Source: a virus
Length of the DNA: 64,000 nucleotides
IMG/VR virus record: IMGVR_UViG_3300021437_000012
Location: 24,615-88,614 of that record
Direction: 5' to 3' (one strand)
In this document: positions 57,740-64,000 of the stretch, in pieces
Layout: every line of letters begins with the position of its first letter
How positions within the stretch are numbered: position 1 is the first letter of the stretch
Made by a program: the position numbers and the translations under genes
The notes under the pieces: generated by a model
The model's input: only the letters and a program-made list of their open reading frames with translations
The model's database searches: none
What the model was told of the DNA's origin: nothing

Positions 57740-58480
57740 CTAAGCGTCTGATTCGTCATCCCCACTATTTTCTGTAGTAGGTTCTGAATCGAACGCACCA
57801 GGGTCGATATCGATCTTCTTAGAGGCTTCGTAACTATCAATCAGAGACGCGATCAACTTGGGATTGGTGATTTCTCCCTTATCGGTAAAAACGAATTGAT
57901 CGTACTTCTCACCATGCTTGACTGACAACTCCGTCCAAGTAGTGAGCCGTTTACGATTCGCCTTGATTAAGGTTAACAGGTAATCTGAAAGTGCTTTGTT
58001 GCTCATCACCGGAATATTGAGCATCTCGACTTTCTCTTCCGCCCCATTACGATGAACGACAAGCAGTGTATTTTCTGCGCACGCTTTCGCGCGTCCGGTC
58101 TTCGCACTACCGAATTGGTTCATCGGGCATTGAGCACATGGGAAGTTAACGTGGTCTACACGTTCACCCTTCCAAATGATGAATCCGTTGCCTTTTCCAT
58201 TACCGCGTGACGAACAATCAGGCGGCACGTGTGACCCAGGCTCAAAAGGTTTTGCGTAATACCGGCGAAGCCCGCCACGACGGTCGATGATCGCGACTTT
58301 AGCAGGCCACGTATCCGGGGTTTTGATTGATAATCTAGGAAGTCCGAGTCCTGCTTTTAATTCAGCTTCTTCCGCAGCTTCCGCGGCCATGATTTCATCC
58401 AACTTTGCTTGAATAACAGCAGAAGTTGGCGCCATCTTTTGCACCGCTTCAGTGGTCTTTTTCTTCACTACTTTTTTCAT
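57740..58480 (-). CDS. Putative ssDNA-binding protein
   Basis: PDC.S..C.QCP.NQFGS..KAC motif, acidic C-terminal tail, adjacent to primase. Confidence 0.5.
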   Translation of the reverse strand: MKKVVKKKTTEAVQKMAPTSAVIQAKLDEIMAAEAAEEAELKAGLGLPRLSIKTPDTWPAKVAIIDRRGGLRRYYAKPFEPGSHVPPDCSSRGNGKGNGFIIWKGERVDHVNFPCAQCPMNQFGSAKTGRAKACAENTLLVVHRNGAEEKVEMLNIPVMSNKALSDYLLTLIKANRKRLTTWTELSVKHGEKYDQFVFTDKGEITNPKLIASLIDSYEASKKIDIDPGAFDSEPTTENSGDDESDA

Positions 58481-58959
58481 CGGTTTCCCTTTCCGCGCGT
58501 TTTGCGCGCCCCTAGTGTATGCCACGGTGTAACGGTAAGCCCATACTTTGTTGGATTTTTATGTATCCCTGGAAGTAGCTCCTCTGATTCTTCCTCCCTA
58601 TTGAAGAACGCATTTAAGGTCTGCGAATGAATAGTAATAAAATCTTCTTTTACTCCTGCTTTCTCAAGTGCCTTCATGAACTTATTACGATCTTCCATTT
58701 TAACCGATGTGCGGAATTGAATAAAAACCATGCCACCATCTACTCGTATGTTTTTTACTTCCCCGTCGATCATGCGTTGCATTAGTATTCTCTGAATTGC
58801 TTGCGCTGCATGTAACGCCTCGTCTGCGTATTCCTTTCGTTTTTCGTATTCATAAGTTAGTTTGAAAAACGTTTTCGCGAGTCCTTCCAGCGGTATGTCT
58901 TTCGCTGCTATATCAAGGTCTTCCGGTGGTTTACCGTACCCGATCTTAGGTTTCGACAT
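58477..58959 (-). CDS. Hypothetical replication-region protein
   Basis: GGAGG RBS; first gene after promoter. Confidence 0.6.
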   Translation of the reverse strand: MSKPKIGYGKPPEDLDIAAKDIPLEGLAKTFFKLTYEYEKRKEYADEALHAAQAIQRILMQRMIDGEVKNIRVDGGMVFIQFRTSVKMEDRNKFMKALEKAGVKEDFITIHSQTLNAFFNREEESEELLPGIHKNPTKYGLTVTPWHTLGARKTRGKGNR

Positions 58960-58983
58960 ACGTTATACCTCCAATCATGTACC

Positions 58984-59012
58984 AGTGTATCATACTTTTA
59001 CTGTATTGTCAA
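58984..59012 (-). promoter_or_regulatory. Sigma70 promoter for replication genes
   Basis: TTGACA-17 nt-(TG)TACACT. Confidence 0.75.
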
Positions 59013-59116
59013 GTCCGGTGATACCCTATCTAACTTAGTTCGCATGTACGCCTCTTTTCGCTGTCCAATTAATATGCCAACTAAACGGTATAGCATCGCA
59101 GTAAACTCAAATTGTT

Positions 59117-59560
59117 TCATTGCGCTCCTATGATTGGGTCTACCATCGAATCGAGCATTCCGATGAATTGTGTTGTGGTAGCGAACCAATAGGCGTTGGA
59201 TAACACATACAGTCCGCGCCCGGTGACAACCCAGTTATTCGCCCACTCTTCTTGATGTGGCGGGTATTTAGTCGTGAGTGCTTTCATACCTGATTTTAGT
59301 TCAATTGCGATAGGCACTCCACGATACGCACCTATAAAATCTGCGGTGCCGTAATGTGTATAACCCGCCTGAAATAGACCTAAACACACCTTCGTTTCGT
59401 CTATTCGCTTTAGCAGCTTTCTACGCATATGTGTTTCTGATTTACGATTACGTGGAACTGGCGCGACGATGGTTGAAAATATACCATACGACGCATGTGC
59501 GTGGACGATACCTAAAGTAATACTACTCGCTACGGAACTTATCGAAACTAATTCGTGCAC
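59117..59560 (-). CDS. VRR-NUC/resolvase-like nuclease
   Basis: GTADFIG..RG..IAIELK..Q..W. Confidence 0.6.
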   Translation of the reverse strand: MHELVSISSVASSITLGIVHAHASYGIFSTIVAPVPRNRKSETHMRRKLLKRIDETKVCLGLFQAGYTHYGTADFIGAYRGVPIAIELKSGMKALTTKYPPHQEEWANNWVVTGRGLYVLSNAYWFATTTQFIGMLDSMVDPIIGAQ

Positions 59561-59964
59561 TGCTCACCCTTCCTTGCAAGATATTCTTTGTGTTGTATAT
59601 CGTGGTTTGCTAACTCATTAACAAACTCTTCAAATACGTACTGCACATCATCAGGTGGTGGTAATGATACACCTTTAATTGCTTTGTCTAACGCCCTTGC
59701 AATTGCCTCTTGCCGGCTCCATTTCGCAGGATTTTCTTTAACGGGATGAAGTACGGACCATCCGAAGAATCTCATACCTTCGTTATCTATTGCGACGCAC
59801 GTAATACGCCGATCATTATCACCGTACTTATACCGGATGTGAACGTTATGCCGGCCCAATGCAACTTCTACGTAATTTAAGTACGACTGACAGCTACGCA
59901 GAAAGTCTGTGCGGTTCTTTGGCACGTCTATTTTCATGAACTCTTTCAACGTACTTAGGTTCAT
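59548..59964 (-). CDS. Hypothetical protein
   Basis: GAGGA RBS; G.S..HP.....IARAL. Confidence 0.55.
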   Translation of the reverse strand: MNLSTLKEFMKIDVPKNRTDFLRSCQSYLNYVEVALGRHNVHIRYKYGDNDRRITCVAIDNEGMRFFGWSVLHPVKENPAKWSRQEAIARALDKAIKGVSLPPPDDVQYVFEEFVNELANHDIQHKEYLARKGEQCTN

Positions 59965-60020
59965 TTCAGTTCCTCGTTAGGCGAACACCGACAAGTCTAT
60001 TCTCGTCGGTGTTCGCTATG

Positions 60021-60602
60021 TTATCTTTCTAGTTTTTGGTAAATCGCCTTTGCGTTAGCGAATCTAATTTGATCTGCGGAACTCATGCCTTCATAAGTTA
60101 CCGCTGCAAGTCCAATAGACAACACATGAATTACTTTATGTTGTCGATCTACAATGAATCTACCTTTGATATACGTTACCCCCATAGGTGTTGTGACTTT
60201 CAGCACAGTACGACCATGACTTTCTGTCCATTCTCGAACATAGTCGGTCAGCATAAGTTCAGAATCCCACGGTGACATTCCTTGGATTGTCATTTTACCG
60301 AAGTTAAACGTAGTCAATGGTTCGTTATGTTCTAGTTGAGCTATGGGGGACTCAGGTAAAAGCGCGAAAGCTATAGTAGCTAAGTCTTCTGCTGGAACAT
60401 CGGAAGATCTTAATCCTGTGCATCCTTTACAGTCTGCACAATCGGGTGAATTTTCACAATTTTGTGAACTATCCGGGTCTGCTGTTGCTGATGTGCACGT
60501 TGCGGTTCCATGCCCACTAGCATTTGGCAGACAACAAGTGTCACACTTATCTTTACAACCTAACACGAAAAGAAGCGTTGACAGTAGTGCGAACTTTTTC
60601 AT
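60021..60602 (-). CDS. Cys-rich lipoprotein
   Basis: MKKFALLSTLLFVLGC lipobox; GAGG RBS. Confidence 0.65.
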   Translation of the reverse strand: MKKFALLSTLLFVLGCKDKCDTCCLPNASGHGTATCTSATADPDSSQNCENSPDCADCKGCTGLRSSDVPAEDLATIAFALLPESPIAQLEHNEPLTTFNFGKMTIQGMSPWDSELMLTDYVREWTESHGRTVLKVTTPMGVTYIKGRFIVDRQHKVIHVLSIGLAAVTYEGMSSADQIRFANAKAIYQKLER

Positions 60603-60830
60603 TTTACCTCTCTTGTTTAGGACGAATTTTGTGGTTTTGCGGACCTTCGATGGCCTCTCTTTCTAGTCGTTCAATTTCGGCAACCAATGCCTCTACACCA
60701 TACCAAGATAACGTAATAATACCTGTGTCCGACTCTCGCTTTTCTTGTACTAAAATTTCCGCTACTTTTCTATTCATCTCTTTTTAGTCCTCACTTTTAC
60801 AGGCCGCTTGTAAACATACTGTACAACCTC

Positions 60831-63807
60831 CTATGTCATAGCCCTAGTCGCCTCCTCTGACAACCGATACAATATCATCATGTCTCGCGTCTGCTTGCTC
60901 GGCTGTATGCACTCCTGCCTGAGCTTGTGGTCTCCGTCCCGCACGATAACCCACACCGGAGAGTTTGCCCACCCCGGTCCTGATGCATTTTCGGCGTATG
61001 CCGCGACGATGCTGTCTCCTGGTCTCAGCGTCATTCCGCCCTCCAAATAGTTCGTCCTTTTTTGCTTACCTCGCAGGTCTTGCGCATGTGCAACGCCGAC
61101 TCCCTTCCGCACTCGTCACACACCATCCCGATTGCCCCCGGCATCATGTCCCACTCATCCCACTTCCACGAATGGCGGTGTGAGCACTTTGGGCACGCCC
61201 ATTTGACTTTGACCTTCATTCCTCACACTCCGTCATTATCGTGCTCGGAATCATCATCCCCGGAGATGGGAAGTCAATTATGGGGCGACCATCTTTCCAT
61301 TTGAATACCTTGACGCAGTGAGCACACCACCAGTAGTCGTATTGACGGATGACATTAACTCCATCATCGACCGGGGCGGTTGTCGATGCCTTGCATGTGT
61401 CACACTTCCAGGTTCTCATTCCTCCACCTCTACATCGCCGTCGATGCACGCTCCGCACCGGCACGGGCAGCGCCACGCCTCGCACTCTACGCCGTCGTGG
61501 ATGCAATCGCCTGAATGAGTCGGAGATGCTTCTGGAGAGTCATCGTCCTCATAGAAGTCGGTCACGCTTTCCTCCTCAATCGCCGGATGGCAGCCAGGAC
61601 CACGGCGCACTCATCGGGACTAAGTTCGAGCGTTTTGATACGGCACGCAATAGACAACTCTCGCGCACTCGGCAGCCGCGTCGCGGCGCTGTAGCCGGCG
61701 AGGAATGTCTCGCGCATCGACTCGCCTCCTGCCGGTACTATGTGCGCTTGCCACGCCAGCTCCAGCTTGTTCATGATTTCCTCCTCAGTCGCCGGATGGC
61801 GGCCAATGCCTGCTCGGCATGGTTGCGGTATATACCACCTCCGACGCGCATATCTTCGTGAAGGACCTTCGCGCTCGGCAGCTTGGCCCCGGAGCGGTAG
61901 CCGGCGATGAAATCCTGCTTGCTGAAGATGGGCCAGTCGGTACGTTTGCGGTGCCTCTCCCACGCCCGCTCAGCTGCCGTCTTGCGCTTCACGGCTCGAA
62001 CTCCACGGGTATCGTCTGCCCACACTTCTCCCAATGGCCCGCCGGCCACTCCGCCGCAAACGACAGGAGGCCGAGCCACACGATACGGCCAACGGTATTG
62101 CACCTCAGGCAGCGGACCTTCACGGCTTCACCAGTAGCCGAAGCTCGGCGAGCGAGGCTTCGATTGCCGCGCACCCATCACATTCATCGGACGGATAGCG
62201 CGTATTGTCCGCATGGTCCAGCGCCTCCACCGCCCGCGCAAGCACAGCCCTGTCCACCGCCACGGCGTCGATGGTGGGGATGCACGGGGCCTCGCCATCC
62301 GTCCAGGGGCACTCGCGCGAATGCCCCACCGCGTCTATCTCGCCTACGAGCTTGCCGCATCCGCAGCGAGCCATCATCGGCGCGGATGAGGAGCACATCG
62401 GGCACGCCGTTGCGCGCCCCTCGGCGTCCTCGTAGGGATGCTGACAGTCTTGGTCGTTCATTTGTCACCCTCCCGGCGCCGTGGCCGGTCGAAATCCCAC
62501 GGCGCGTTGACCACCTCATCCGGCAGCAACGCGAAGCTAACCGGCTGCTGGCGCTGTAGCTCGCGCTCATCCCACACCCTGCGCCACGCCGCGAAGCGTG
62601 GACGCCACCAGGAGAGCGGCCGGCTAGAGCGCAGCACGATTCTCTCAAGCGACCCGAAGCTTTCCCGCGTCGTTTCGACGATGACCGTTTGGTCGCCCAT
62701 GCTCTCCAGGTGGAGCGTTGCCCAGATTGACAGGCTCATGCTCATGCCCCACCGTCCCGGCGCCGCGGGACTGCGCGATATTCGTGGTAATAGCCCGGCT
62801 GGCACACGTTGCACTTGTCTCCAGCCCCATCAGAGCCATCGGGGGCAGCGCCGCACCTGTTGCAGCGCACCCCAATCTCCTCTCTCGCCGCCGGCTCCCC
62901 GGCCGCGATGGCGCGGAGTAACGGCGCGCACCCTTTGAGCCACCCCTCGCGAGCGACGCCGCCCTCGTTGAAATCGGCCGAGCCGCTGCACCACTGAAGC
63001 GCCCCCACCAGCTCCCTCTCGCGGGCTTCGAGGGCGCGGCCACGAGCAATCAGGCACGTCCAGCAATAGGGCCGGTCGGGATAGCTCTTGCCGTCGGCAT
63101 TCCAGACACACAGGCATGGCGCGTCGAATCGCTCGCTCAGCGGTCGCTTGTCCACGGCTACTCCCTCCCCTCGTGCTTCGCCTTGTCGTGCGCGTTGCGC
63201 GCTGCCGCGGTCTCGAAGATCGCCTCACCGCCAGCGCACTTGAACGGACGGCCGGCATCGTTGGGGTGGCTGCACCTGACGCACCGCCGCCCTGGGAATG
63301 TGAGGCAGCCGCAGCCGGCACAGTTGACCATCTTAGCGCGCTGCGCAGTCTCGTAGCTCAAGGCTCCCTCCCCTCGGCGATGGCGCGCTCGACCATCTCC
63401 AGCGCCTCGACGTATCCGCAATCGCACGGGCCGGATGGTCGGCAAATTGGCCGGTGTTCCATGTAGACCGTGCTTTGTTCCGCCGCCTGTCGTAGCTTCC
63501 TCTCCCGTTCCTCCCGCGCCAGCCAGTCGGCGGCGAGGCGCTCGGCAAGGTTGCGGGCGAGGGCGATGAAGGCGGCGTCCTCGTTCCTGAGTCCCATGTA
63601 GTCGCCGCAGTCCACGGTGAACGCCGACAAGCTAGCGCCGCTGATTGCCGTCTCGTTCACGCACCCGCCTGGATTGCCGTTGCTGCACTCGACGCAGTAT
63701 CCGCACACTTCCGTCTCGCCGTTGCTCAATTCCCACGGCCCCGGCGTCGCCTGCGCTACCGCCGCCAGCAGCGCCTCGACCTCTTCCCGCGAAACCCTAG
63801 CGTCCAC
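60831..63807 (-). other. GC-rich array of about 12 small, translationally coupled accessory ORFs (many with CxxC)
   Basis: e.g. 60831-61034, 61031-61219, 61216-61419, 61562-61774, 61771-61992, 62120-62461, 62742-63155; ATGA/GTGA overlaps with GGAGG RBSs. Confidence 0.6.
63358..63807 (-). CDS. Ead/Ea22-like protein
   Basis: ATPGPW...DAAFIALAR; GGAGG RBS. Confidence 0.6.
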   Translation of the reverse strand: MDARVSREEVEALLAAVAQATPGPWELSNGETEVCGYCVECSNGNPGGCVNETAISGASLSAFTVDCGDYMGLRNEDAAFIALARNLAERLAADWLAREERERKLRQAAEQSTVYMEHRPICRPSGPCDCGYVEALEMVERAIAEGREP

Positions 63808-64000
63808 GACTCACCTCCAATTTCGGAGCCTTGTTCATCTTGCGGGCGATGGCCGCGCACTTCGCGAATGTTTTTGCTCGCGCGTCGTCGGCGTCGTCGG
63901 CGGCGGCGGAGGCGGCGGAGGCGGCGTCGGCGGCGTAGGCGGCGGAGGCGGCGTGGGCGGCGTAGGCGGCGTGGGCGGCGGCGGAGGAGGCGGCGGCGTG
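63797..64000 (-). CDS. Ala-rich repeat protein (5'-truncated)
   Basis: AAYAAHAASAAYAADAAS low-complexity repeats. Confidence 0.5.
   Translation of the reverse strand, partial: HAAASSAAAHAAYAAHAASAAYAADAASAASAAADDADDARAKTFAKCAAIARKMNKAPKLEVSRGR

Overview
The window is part of a tailed dsDNA phage genome (HK97-type capsid; a tape measure protein and no recognisable sheath gene suggest a long non-contractile tail). No terminase, portal or integrase is visible. The + strand (1-44870) runs: prohead protease, major capsid protein, a ~14 kb glycan-synthesis island (about 9 glycosyltransferases, 5 methyltransferases, GDP-mannose 3,5-epimerase, acyltransferase, aminotransferase), head-tail and tail genes with a -1 frameshift chaperone, a run of fibre-like proteins with signal peptides, and a lysis region with a metacaspase coupled to a GH108 endolysin. 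The - strand (44937-64000) carries early and replication genes: AAA+ ATPase, two tRNAs, an HD (ppGpp-hydrolase-like) protein, DUF2786, a UvrD-like helicase, a primase-helicase, a 45-bp tandem array and many small Cys-rich ORFs. The strongest signal is an RNA-level system in the early operon. A near-consensus sigma70 promoter (54338) precedes a ~770-nt hairpin-dense leader. Four type II hammerhead ribozymes with covarying stems and a pseudoknot fill four consecutive intergenic gaps, each directly 5' of a GGGAGAAAC ribosome-binding site, and a tRNA fills the fifth. A separate ~90-nt promoter/terminator-bounded RNA at 18087-18180 has a single-stranded segment complementary to those ribosome-binding sites. 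All calls were made by eye from motifs; no searches or folding programs were run.
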